Below are positions 38,568 to 47,518 of a stretch of DNA of 64,000 nt, in pieces. Source of the stretch: an uncultured Gammaproteobacteria bacterium (GTDB lineage Bacteria; Patescibacteriota; Patescibacteriia; JAHIZJ01); assembly GCA_964371245.1 (NCBI GenBank), contig CAYJKP010000001.1:187042-251041 (forward strand), given 5' to 3'. Each line of letters begins with the position of its first letter. Within the stretch, counting starts at the first letter, position 1. The translations under genes were made by a program, and so were the position numbers. Below the pieces are notes generated by a model. It was not told the origin of the DNA. It searched no databases and was given only the letters and a program-made list of their open reading frames with translations.

Positions 38568-39557
38568 TTACTCCTTTTCGGCGTGTTGTTCAGCTTCTTC
38601 TTTCAGATCCTCTTCGACTGCCTCAGCGTTTTGCTTCCACTCGTCAACCACCTGTTTAACGTCGTTTTTAGTCAGCTGCGGATAAATGCCCTGCTGGTAT
38701 TTTGCCGGATTGCTTAAGGCGTCGAGCCGGACTTTCGCGGCCGCTTCGTCGATGATATCGATTGCCTTATCCGGAAAGGCCCGTTTGACCAGGACGTTTT
38801 GACCGAGCGCGACGGCTTCAGTAATCGATTCATCGGTGATGCCAACCTGGTGATGTTGCTCATAGCGCTGCCGTATCCCTTTCAGGATCTCAATCGTCTG
38901 TTCTGGCGTTGATTCCTCGACGTGGACAGGCTGGAACCGCCGTTCGAGCGTTTGGTCGTGTTCCAGGTATTTACTGTAGTCCTGACTGGTCGTGGCACCG
39001 ACCACCTGAAGATCACCCCGGGCCAGGGCCGGTTTTAGGATATCGGCGGCGTTGATCGCGCCCGTGGCCTCGCCGGCTTCTGCCAGCGTATGAAGCTCGT
39101 CGATGAACAGAATAATATTGCGCCGGCTGGCGATAATCTCATCAAGAATGCCCTTCAACCGTTTTTCAAACTCGCCCCGGTATTTCGTACCGGCGACCAG
39201 GCCTGACAAATCGAGCTGTAATACACGCTTATTCTTCAGTGGTTCAGGCACGTTACCAGAGGCGATTTCGTTTGCCAGTTCTTCGACGATCGCGGTTTTA
39301 CCAACGCCGGAATCGCCGATTAGGACCGGATTATTTTTCGTCCGACGGGACAATATTTGGATCACCCGTTCGATCTGATGTTTTCGGCCGATCACGGGAT
39401 CGAGCTTGTCTTGAAGGGCGAGCTGGGTCAGGTCGCGGGCATAAAGATTGAGTAGGGGCGTTTTCCCACCGCTAATGTTGCGGCCCTTGCCCTGAGCAAA
39501 CCACAAAGCCAAACCAGTAATGATGCCGAAGCCAACGATGTAGGGGATGAAGTCCAT
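38568..39557 (-). CDS. Membrane-anchored single-domain Clp/Hsp100 AAA+ ATPase (NBD1 only)
   Basis: N-terminal hydrophobic helix, then [59 protein letters not shown]; ends at 329 aa. Confidence 0.9.
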   Translation of the reverse strand: MDFIPYIVGFGIITGLALWFAQGKGRNISGGKTPLLNLYARDLTQLALQDKLDPVIGRKHQIERVIQILSRRTKNNPVLIGDSGVGKTAIVEELANEIASGNVPEPLKNKRVLQLDLSGLVAGTKYRGEFEKRLKGILDEIIASRRNIILFIDELHTLAEAGEATGAINAADILKPALARGDLQVVGATTSQDYSKYLEHDQTLERRFQPVHVEESTPEQTIEILKGIRQRYEQHHQVGITDESITEAVALGQNVLVKRAFPDKAIDIIDEAAAKVRLDALSNPAKYQQGIYPQLTKNDVKQVVDEWKQNAEAVEEDLKEEAEQHAEKE

Positions 39558-39560
39558 AGT

Positions 39561-40487
39561 TTATTCGAGCATTCTTTTCTTTTTCATGTACCAATACATG
39601 CCGAGCGCCGAGCTGAAACACAGCACCAGCGGCAGCCAGAAATTGAAGGTGGCGCCCAGGATCGGAAAGTAACCTTTCATCAAACCGAAAATGGAGGCGG
39701 AAACGTAGATCGGAAGCACGAGGGCGGAAATCACGGTCAGCGTCTTCATAATATCATTTATCCGGAATGAGATTAAGGACTCATTCGTCTGCTGGAGGGC
39801 CTCGATCGCTTCTTTGAAGCCTTGAAGGGTGTCCCAGATGTCTTTCGTGTCGTCGATGAGTTGTTCAAAATACGTTCGGAGGCCATTGATGCGAAAGACG
39901 CTTGGCTCGCGGCTATCGATCATTTTCTTCAGTACGTTCTTATGCGACTGCATGATCTTCCGGAAGTTGGTAATGTTTCGGCGAATGACCAAAATCTCGC
40001 GAACCATGCTTTTTTCATTGCCGGCGAAGATACGCGATTCAATATTTCCAATGTCGATATTCAAATGATCCAACATCGGATAACAGTAAAGGAGGAGAGA
40101 ATTGATTATCGTATAGGCCAGCTTCTCCATGCCGTCGTGCATATATTTATCGCGCGCATCATCATTGACCGAGCATAGGTCAAACATGTCGACGAGCGGG
40201 GGAAGGTTATTGTCGTGTACCGTAATGAAATAGTCGGGTCCGATAAAAAAATCCACCTCAGACGGCCTGATCTCCCGGGTTTTCCGGTCGAACACAGGGA
40301 AGAGGAGGATAAGGAAAATATAGTCGGTGTATTTGTCGACGTTTGGACGCTGGGCGGGCGATAAGCAATCTTCGAGATCGAGCGGGTGGAACTTGAAATT
40401 CTGGCGGAGATACTCGATCTCTTCATTCGTTGGTTTTACAATATTTATCCAACGAAGCCCATTACAGGTGAGGGTTTTGACGTTCAT
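39561..40487 (-). CDS. CorA-family cation transporter, divergent (no GMN)
   Basis: WINI, FHPLDLEDC...QRP, INDIMKTLTVIS, two C-terminal TM segments; start at 40487 or 40526. Confidence 0.88.
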   Translation of the reverse strand: MNVKTLTCNGLRWINIVKPTNEEIEYLRQNFKFHPLDLEDCLSPAQRPNVDKYTDYIFLILLFPVFDRKTREIRPSEVDFFIGPDYFITVHDNNLPPLVDMFDLCSVNDDARDKYMHDGMEKLAYTIINSLLLYCYPMLDHLNIDIGNIESRIFAGNEKSMVREILVIRRNITNFRKIMQSHKNVLKKMIDSREPSVFRINGLRTYFEQLIDDTKDIWDTLQGFKEAIEALQQTNESLISFRINDIMKTLTVISALVLPIYVSASIFGLMKGYFPILGATFNFWLPLVLCFSSALGMYWYMKKKRMLE

Positions 40488-40639
40488 GTTGTGTTTTTGC
40501 TTTTGTTTTTGAATTTCACCGAACATCTATATTGTAGCACATTTTGAGAAATATTGCAAGCTTTAAAAGGCAAAGTGAGGCGCCGGCGAAATGGGGTTCG
40601 TCGGCGCTCGTGTAGGGTGGGAAAAGGGCGGGGTTGGTG

Positions 40640-41188
40640 TCATGGCTCTGTCAGACCACAGTTCGTGGCCTGGAGCTTCACCGGGATCAGGAACCGTTGG
40701 ACGATCCGTTCCTCCGGCGGAGTCGGTCCGCTGGACGGCTGGTACGTGGCGACCAGCTCAATCTGCCGATAGCCATCATAGTGATTCGGCACGTCGAACC
40801 CGAAGCCTTGGCCGAACTTCCGATTGTTGATGCGCTTGACTTTCATCCAACGCTTCGGCTCGTCCGAGAAGCGCCACTCGATGGATTCCACCCGGTTGCC
40901 ATAGGTGTAGGCGGGGAGGAAGCCAAACGTCAAGTAGGCGGCGTTCGTGTTGACCTGTTCGGCCAACCAAGTAGTCTCGACGGCGGTTGAGTCGACCTCG
41001 AGTTTTATGCGGTAGAACCGCTTCAACTGGAGGTCGTTCATGACATAGAGCGCCGGATTCTCGCGGCACTCGGCGCCGATGTAGTTGACCGTCACGCTAC
41101 GCGGCGTCTTCACCACGTAACACGTGCAGCCATTCCCGACGGCGAGGACCGTCGCCAGCAGACAGAGAACGAGCAACGTCCGGTACAT
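40640..41188 (-). CDS. Hypothetical secreted protein or lipoprotein (GC-rich orphan)
   Basis: Signal peptide ending VGNGC, GGAGG 8 nt before the ATG; hairpin downstream at about 40577-40610. Confidence 0.7.
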   Translation of the reverse strand: MYRTLLVLCLLATVLAVGNGCTCYVVKTPRSVTVNYIGAECRENPALYVMNDLQLKRFYRIKLEVDSTAVETTWLAEQVNTNAAYLTFGFLPAYTYGNRVESIEWRFSDEPKRWMKVKRINNRKFGQGFGFDVPNHYDGYRQIELVATYQPSSGPTPPEERIVQRFLIPVKLQATNCGLTEP

Positions 41189-41248
41189 GGTCTATCCCTC
41201 CAATTCATGGTGGTGCTTGCATTCCCTCCTAGGCCTGAAAAACAAGGT

Positions 41249-41277
41249 ATAATAGCACAGGCAAGTAGAATTGTCAA
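41249..41277 (-). promoter_or_regulatory. sigma70-type promoter for the orphan gene starting at 41188
   Basis: TTGACA-N17-TATTAT with extended TG on the minus strand. Confidence 0.75.
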
Positions 41278-41348
41278 TGGCTTAAGAAGACTGGAGAATT
41301 ATCACGCCTTCTTTGCCAAAAGGCAAAAAATATGATATATTATAAGTG

Positions 41349-41876
41349 ATGCAATACGGAAATGCCCCAAAAAACGTCGATGTTGAACCGGTTCTCCCGG
41401 AAAAACAAGTTGATCAACCAGAACGCACTGGCGAACCGGGAAGTATTGAAATAAAACGCCCGGTTGAAAAAAAAGAGCAACCGGTTGAGGTGCGCATCGA
41501 ACGACCGAAGGAACTGCCAAAAACCGAAACCAGCGAACAGCCGCTCGCGTCAATGCCGCCGCCTGCCGGATCAGCGATTGCCACGCCCGCAAAATCAGAA
41601 ACCTATCGACAAATCGAGCAGATATTGGAAGATGACTTGTTCCAGGTGTATCAGGCCATGGACGAGCCAACTAAGCGCCGGTTTCAGGCCGAGGGTGAAA
41701 AAACCACCTCAAAAATTGAAGTCCTGCTCCAAGCCACCAAGATTCAAGTGAAAAAGATCCTCGATTTGATCAAGAACTGGTTGAAGATCATCCCGCGGAT
41801 CAACAAGCATTTTCTTACGCAAGAGGCAAAGATAAAAACCGACCGTATCATTGCCCTAAAAGATAATCAAAAATAA
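41349..41876 (+). CDS. Hypothetical protein upstream of the coupling-type ATPase
   Basis: Disordered Pro/Glu N-terminus plus helical C-domain (IEQILEDDL, WLKIIPRINKHFLTQEAKIKTD); 7 nt before the next gene. Confidence 0.75.
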   Translation: MQYGNAPKNVDVEPVLPEKQVDQPERTGEPGSIEIKRPVEKKEQPVEVRIERPKELPKTETSEQPLASMPPPAGSAIATPAKSETYRQIEQILEDDLFQVYQAMDEPTKRRFQAEGEKTTSKIEVLLQATKIQVKKILDLIKNWLKIIPRINKHFLTQEAKIKTDRIIALKDNQK

Positions 41877-41883
41877 ACCACCT

Positions 41884-44433
41884 ATGGTTTGGCTTTTGGC
41901 TGCGACAGTCAGTCTGCCCGAGGCAACAGCGGTGATCGAGAGTGAGACCGGCGGTAACTTACTGGTGACCGTGTTTGTGTTGCTAGGGATCGTGGCGCTT
42001 GTGATAGCGCTTTTTTCCATATTCCGCTGGGCCATGAATAATACCATGCTTATCCCGATGGCTTTCCGGCGAAAAGTCCTGATGATCTCAGTGCCGAAGG
42101 AGCACATGGAGCTCCAGGAGCAACAGGACAAGCACAAAGGGAACGTCAAAGAATTGATTGCCGTTGCTGAGGCGCTCTATGCGAATCTCGGCGGTATTGT
42201 CCGGATGCAAAAATGGTATTCGCGGCTGCTCTACGGCCGGCACGATCATCTCGCCCTGGAAATCGTGGCCGATAAGGGCTTTGTCTCATTTATTGTGGCG
42301 ATACCGTTTCAATATCATGAATTCATCGAGCAGCAGATTCACGCCCAATATCCGGAAGCCCACGTCGAAGCAATGGAGGATTATAATATATTTTCTTCGC
42401 ACGGCGTCATCAAGATGAACAATCTGAAATTGTCGCGCTCAAACATGTATCCGATTCGAACCTATCAGAAACTGGAAGTTGACCCAATGAACGCTATTAC
42501 GAACGTCTTGAGCAAGATCACGGAGCCGGAAGGGGCCGCCATCCAAATACTCTTTCGACGGGCCGGCCGGGGTTGGCAGCACGCCGCCCACTCATACGCG
42601 CGCAAGGTGATTCAGGGGAAGGGCGGTCAGGCCGGTTCAGGCGCCATGATGGGGGATCTGTGGCACTCGGCGTTTCCGAGTAAGATGCAGGATCAGAACG
42701 AACAGCAAAAAAAGAATTTTTACAAACTGTCGCCGATCGAAGAGGGTAAAATGAAGGCGGTCAGCGAAAAGGCAGAGAAAATCGGCTTTGAGGTTAATCT
42801 GCGGGTCATTGTTTCGGCGGGTGATGCCGATCGGGCCAAGATTTATATGGATAATATTTTAAATTCGTTTACGCAGTACACCGCCCATGAAACGGGTAAC
42901 AGTTTCCGAAAAGCCAAGGTCTATCTGAAACATCGGTTCATCCACGATTTCATCTTCCGGAATTTCCGCCGCCGGAACAGCTTCATCCTGAATACCGAGG
43001 AGCTAACCAGCCTATGGCACTTGCCGTTGTCTGACACGGAAACGCCGAATATCCGCTGGGCCGCGGCCAAACGCTCAGCCCCGCCCGTTGATTTGCCGAA
43101 CGAAGGGCTGATCCTCGGCCAGAGCAGCTACCGCGGCCGCGATCTACTCGTTCGGATAAAGAAAGACGATCGGCGACGCCATGTCTACATCATTGGTAAA
43201 TCCGGCGTCGGTAAATCAGTTTTGATGACGAACATGGCGGTTCAGGACATAAAAAACGGCGAGGGCGTTTGCGTTGTTGATCCGCACGGCGATTTGATTG
43301 AAGACATCCTCGGACAGATTCCAAAAGAACGCAGCGACGACGTCATTATTTTTGATCCGTCCGATACTGAACGGCCGGTTGGCTTGAACATGCTCGAAGC
43401 GCAGACGCCGATGGATCGGGATTTCGCCGTACAAGAAATGATCAGCATTTTCTACAAGCTTTTCCCGCCGGAAATGATCGGGCCGATGTTCGAGCATAAC
43501 ATGCGCAACGTCATGCTGACGCTGATGGCGGACACGGTCCAGCCCGGCACGATCGTTGAAATTCCGCGCATGTTCACCGATCCGGAATACCAGAAATTCA
43601 AACTTCGCAAGGTGACCGACCCGGTGGTGCGGAATTTCTGGGAAAAAGAGATGGCCAAGACGACCGATTTTCATAAGTCAGAGATGCTCGGCTATCTCAT
43701 TTCAAAAGTCGGCCGTTTCGTCGAGAACGAAATGATGCGGAATATTATCGGCCAATCGCGCTCCGGCTTCGATTTTGAAGAAATCATGAACAAGCGGAAA
43801 ATTTTGCTCGTCAATCTGTCGAAAGGCAAGACCGGCGAGGTCAACAGCTCGCTGCTCGGCTTGATCATCGTTTCAAAGCTCCAGATGGCGGCGTTGCATC
43901 GGGCGAATCTGCCGTCGGAGGAAAGACATGACTTCTATCTCTACATCGACGAATTTCAGAATTTTGTGACCGACAGTGTGGCCACCATCTTGTCTGAAGC
44001 CAGAAAGTATCGTTTGAATCTCATTATTGCACATCAATATATCAACCAGTTGGTTCAAAACAACGACACCAAGATACGCGACGCGGTCCTCGGCAACGCC
44101 GGGACGATTATCTCGTTCAAAGTCGGCGTCGAGGACTCTCAAATGGTGTCAAAAATATACGCGCCGGTCTTTAATGAGTTTGACGTGATGAATATCGAAA
44201 AATATAACGCCTACGTCAAGCTCTTGATCGACAATCAAACCGGTCGAGCCTTCAATATGCAGACGGTTGCGCCGCTGCCGGGCGACCGGGCGCTGGCGCA
44301 ACGGATCAAGGAGTTGTCGCGGCTGAAACACGGGCGCGAAAAGAAGGTTGTGGAGACGGAAATAATGGAACGGAGCCAGCTGGGCGCGCCGGCTGCCCGT
44401 CTTGGTGACACTGTTGGGGAACGGCACATGTAG
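41884..44433 (+). CDS. VirD4/TraD/TrwB-like (HerA-FtsK superfamily) membrane-anchored ATPase
   Basis: N-terminal TM; DRRRHVYIIGKSGVGKS, VVDPHGDL, LYIDEFQNF, LSEARKYRL, AHQY. Confidence 0.9.
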   Translation: MVWLLAATVSLPEATAVIESETGGNLLVTVFVLLGIVALVIALFSIFRWAMNNTMLIPMAFRRKVLMISVPKEHMELQEQQDKHKGNVKELIAVAEALYANLGGIVRMQKWYSRLLYGRHDHLALEIVADKGFVSFIVAIPFQYHEFIEQQIHAQYPEAHVEAMEDYNIFSSHGVIKMNNLKLSRSNMYPIRTYQKLEVDPMNAITNVLSKITEPEGAAIQILFRRAGRGWQHAAHSYARKVIQGKGGQAGSGAMMGDLWHSAFPSKMQDQNEQQKKNFYKLSPIEEGKMKAVSEKAEKIGFEVNLRVIVSAGDADRAKIYMDNILNSFTQYTAHETGNSFRKAKVYLKHRFIHDFIFRNFRRRNSFILNTEELTSLWHLPLSDTETPNIRWAAAKRSAPPVDLPNEGLILGQSSYRGRDLLVRIKKDDRRRHVYIIGKSGVGKSVLMTNMAVQDIKNGEGVCVVDPHGDLIEDILGQIPKERSDDVIIFDPSDTERPVGLNMLEAQTPMDRDFAVQEMISIFYKLFPPEMIGPMFEHNMRNVMLTLMADTVQPGTIVEIPRMFTDPEYQKFKLRKVTDPVVRNFWEKEMAKTTDFHKSEMLGYLISKVGRFVENEMMRNIIGQSRSGFDFEEIMNKRKILLVNLSKGKTGEVNSSLLGLIIVSKLQMAALHRANLPSEERHDFYLYIDEFQNFVTDSVATILSEARKYRLNLIIAHQYINQLVQNNDTKIRDAVLGNAGTIISFKVGVEDSQMVSKIYAPVFNEFDVMNIEKYNAYVKLLIDNQTGRAFNMQTVAPLPGDRALAQRIKELSRLKHGREKKVVETEIMERSQLGAPAARLGDTVGERHM

Positions 44434-44460
44434 TCGAGCGGCGGTTTTTTCGCTATACTA

Positions 44461-44991
44461 ATGGGTGTTATGACGCCTTTTATTTTTTTATTGCTGATCG
44501 TCATTGTCGCCGGCACGGCCATGTGGGCGAGTTTTTCAGCGGCGCCGTGGCTGCCGACGCGGGCGAAGGATATCGATCGGTTGCTTGAGCTGGCTAAACT
44601 GTCACAGAAGAGCCTGGTGTATGATTTGGGCTGCGGCGACGGACGGCTGCTCATGCAAGCCGCACGAAAATATGGAGCGCACGGCGTCGGCTTTGAGGTA
44701 TCCGTCCTGCCATTTCTCTGGTCATGGGTCAGGGTAGCGTTGTCAAAAGAACGCGGGCGCATCACAATCAAGTATCGCAATTTCTACCAGGTTGACCTCG
44801 CGGCCGCTGACGCCGTCGTCTGTTTTTTGACGCCGCCGGCGATGGTGAAATTGGAACCAAAACTGCGGCAGGAATTACGGCCGGGCAGTCGCTTCGTCAC
44901 CTATTGTTTCAAATTACCAACCTGGCAACCAACCACGGTCAGCCGGCTGAACAAAAAAGACATGCCGATCTATGTCTATACGAAGAATTGA
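44461..44991 (+). CDS. Class I SAM-dependent methyltransferase with N-terminal TM
   Basis: APWLPT, VYDLGCGDGR, GVGFE, ELRPGSRFV. Confidence 0.88.
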   Translation: MGVMTPFIFLLLIVIVAGTAMWASFSAAPWLPTRAKDIDRLLELAKLSQKSLVYDLGCGDGRLLMQAARKYGAHGVGFEVSVLPFLWSWVRVALSKERGRITIKYRNFYQVDLAAADAVVCFLTPPAMVKLEPKLRQELRPGSRFVTYCFKLPTWQPTTVSRLNKKDMPIYVYTKN

Positions 44992-45075
44992 CGCAATACC
45001 GGCCATATTGTATACTGTGATGTGACAATAAACAAAGCAAACATAAACGAAATAATACACTAAAAAAGAAGACAA

Positions 45076-45687
45076 ATGCCCGACGAAATAACACGACTTG
45101 CAAAAATAAAAGAAGCAATTGAAAACGCTCAAGCCAACCTCCAGATCGCCCGGCAACTGATTGCTGAGATCGGCGGGAAGGAACTGGATGAGCAACTCGC
45201 CCTGAATATCAAGGTTGAAGGCAAGGTGGCCGAAGGGCCGGAAGGAAAAATAATCGAGGGCCAGTTTGACGGGCAGAACATGCTTGGACCTGACGGGAAA
45301 CAGTATTCGGTGCCGGCCAATTATGCTTCAAAGTCAAAGCTAGTCGAAGGTGATACGTTAAAACTTACGATCACGCCAGACGGATCGTTTGTCTATAAGC
45401 AGATCGGACCGATCGAGCGCCAGCGCTTAATCGGCGTATTAACGCGCGATGAAGAAACGAACGAATTCCGTGTCTTGGCGAACAATAAAAGCTACCGCGT
45501 CTTGCTGGCCAGCATCACGTATTTCAAAGGCGAGCCGGGTGACGAAGTGGTGATCCTGGTGCCGAAAGAAAAAGACAGCCGTTGGGCGGCGGTTGAGAAC
45601 ATTATTAAAAAAACAGCCTCGGCCGGCCTTCAGACCGAAACACCGTCGAATCCCGTCGGTCAGGATGAAATGAAGGATTTGACCTAG
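45076..45687 (+). CDS. Hypothetical protein with two beta-rich modules
   Basis: IIEGQFDGQNMLGPDGKQYSVPANYASKSKLVEGD, YRVLLASITYFK; promoter TTGACG-N17-TATACT at 44988-45016. Confidence 0.8.
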   Translation: MPDEITRLAKIKEAIENAQANLQIARQLIAEIGGKELDEQLALNIKVEGKVAEGPEGKIIEGQFDGQNMLGPDGKQYSVPANYASKSKLVEGDTLKLTITPDGSFVYKQIGPIERQRLIGVLTRDEETNEFRVLANNKSYRVLLASITYFKGEPGDEVVILVPKEKDSRWAAVENIIKKTASAGLQTETPSNPVGQDEMKDLT

Positions 45688-45814
45688 AAATCTCATCGTG
45701 ACGTATATCGGACAGCCAAGACGTCAGGTCGGCTGTCTTTCGTTTCGCTCGTCTTTTGCCAAAACAAGTCTTTATTGCTAAGATAGGGTAGGACAATTTT
45801 ATAAAGAGCATCCC

Positions 45815-47350
45815 ATGTCAGAGACAATCTATCGGAAATACCGCCCCCAAAAGTTTGACGAAATCCTCGGTCAAAACCACGTAAAAATAACGCTTGAAAA
45901 CGAAATCACCAGCGGTCGTTTGGCACACGCGTATCTGTTTGCCGGACCGCGCGGTGTCGGGAAGACAACAATCGCGCGGCTTTTAGCCAAGTCGATCAAT
46001 TGTCAGAAGCGCAAACCGGATCAAAGCGAACCATGCAATACCTGCGAAGCCTGCCAGGAGATTATGACCGGCCGGTCGCTTGACCTGATCGAAATGGATG
46101 CGGCCTCGCACACCGGCGTTGATAATGTCCGGGAAAACATCATAGAAAATTCGCGCTTTACGCCGACGCGCTGGCCATACAAGATCTTTATTATCGATGA
46201 AGCGCACATGTTGTCGCTGGCCGCGTTTAACGCCTTACTGAAGACCCTCGAGGAGCCACCGAAACACATCATTTTCATTCTCTGCACGACGGAAATACAC
46301 CGTTTGCCCGAAACCATCATTTCGCGCTGCCAGCGCTTTGATTTTCGAAAAATCGGCCAGGTCGACTTAGTCAAACGGCTGAAAACCATCGTTGATAAAG
46401 AAAAGGTACGCGTTGATGACGATGTGCTTGCCCGCATCGCCCGCCAAGGGGACGGCTCATCGCGCGACGCTGAGAGCCTGCTCGGACAAATTCTGACCCT
46501 CGGCGAAAAACACATCACCGCCGATTTGGTTGAACACGTGCTGCCGCGCTCAAATCTCGAATCGGTTATCACGCTCTTTGAGCATATTGTAAATCGAAAC
46601 GCCGCCGCCGGCCTGGAGCTTTTGAATACGTTAGCGGAAGAAGGAGTAAACTTTACTCAATTCTTAAAAGAGCTGGTTGATTTCTTACGAAAAATATTAT
46701 TGATAAAAGTGCACGGCAGCCTGGATATTTTTGCCTCGCTCGAGTTAACCCAAGAAATGGAGAAGTCAACGCTGAACTTGTCGAACACGATTGAGCTAAA
46801 CCGGCTCGTGAAAGCGATCAATATGTTCATCAACGCCGAGCGCGACCTGAAATACGCCGATATTCCGCAGCTGCCGTTGGAATTAGTCGTGGTTGAATTA
46901 TGCGAGAGCGAGGAGAGCAATCCGCCGCCGACGCACACGCAGACCCCGCCGTCATACACGCCACCGCCAGCCGCACCACCGAGCCAGCCCACGCAACGAC
47001 CGACCAAGAAAACAGCCCTGAAAATGACCCTGATGGAAATTATTCAGCGCTGGCCCGAGGTGTTGACGCGAGCTCAAGAATCGTATCATACTCTGGTCAT
47101 GGCGCTGAAAGTGAGCCAACCGAAAGAGGTGCTCGATGATACCCTGGTACTGGCGAGCCGGTATCCCTTTTATGCCAAACACCTGAAATCACAGCCGATT
47201 CGGCCGAAGATTGAGCAGCTCTTGGCGGACGTATTCGGTGAACCAATCCGGATCGACACCGTGGTGGTTGAAGCAAATGAAGAGCCTGAGCAAAAACCCG
47301 ATCTGATTAATCCGTTATTGGAGACGTTTGGCGGGGAGGTTGTCGGATAA
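45815..47350 (+). CDS. dnaX: DNA polymerase III subunit gamma/tau
   Basis: YRKYRPQKF, GPRGVGKT, zinc Cys cluster, IIDEAHML, SRCQRF. Confidence 0.97.
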   Translation: MSETIYRKYRPQKFDEILGQNHVKITLENEITSGRLAHAYLFAGPRGVGKTTIARLLAKSINCQKRKPDQSEPCNTCEACQEIMTGRSLDLIEMDAASHTGVDNVRENIIENSRFTPTRWPYKIFIIDEAHMLSLAAFNALLKTLEEPPKHIIFILCTTEIHRLPETIISRCQRFDFRKIGQVDLVKRLKTIVDKEKVRVDDDVLARIARQGDGSSRDAESLLGQILTLGEKHITADLVEHVLPRSNLESVITLFEHIVNRNAAAGLELLNTLAEEGVNFTQFLKELVDFLRKILLIKVHGSLDIFASLELTQEMEKSTLNLSNTIELNRLVKAINMFINAERDLKYADIPQLPLELVVVELCESEESNPPPTHTQTPPSYTPPPAAPPSQPTQRPTKKTALKMTLMEIIQRWPEVLTRAQESYHTLVMALKVSQPKEVLDDTLVLASRYPFYAKHLKSQPIRPKIEQLLADVFGEPIRIDTVVVEANEEPEQKPDLINPLLETFGGEVVG

Positions 47351-47407
47351 CCATTTGTTTGCGCCAGGAGTGCTGCGTTTTTTTATTTAACACGTTCTGG
47401 ATAGAGC

Positions 47408-47478
47408 TCCGGGGTCGTCTAATGGTAGGACGCCAGGTTCTGGCCCTGGTAATCGGGGTTCGAGTCCCTGCCCCGGAG
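47408..47478 (+). tRNA. tRNA-Gln(CUG), CCA not encoded
   Basis: TCCGGGG/CCCCGGA acceptor stem (U1-A72), CCAGG-TTCTGGC-CCTGG anticodon arm, GGTTCGAGTCC T-arm. Confidence 0.94.
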
Positions 47479-47518
47479 CTCTGTTCAGAAATGTCTGAGT
47501 CTTAATCTGAGAAAATAT

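Noticed and set aside
45711-45738. Hairpin containing GTCAGGTC upstream of dnaX, where SRP RNA (ffs) often lies
   Set aside because: It lacks the GGAA tetraloop and the AGCAG motif of SRP domain IV; more likely a terminator for the upstream gene.
45815-47350. Programmed -1 frameshift producing a gamma subunit in dnaX
   Set aside because: No A-AAA-AAG heptamer or long A-run with a downstream hairpin was seen near the Pro-rich linker.
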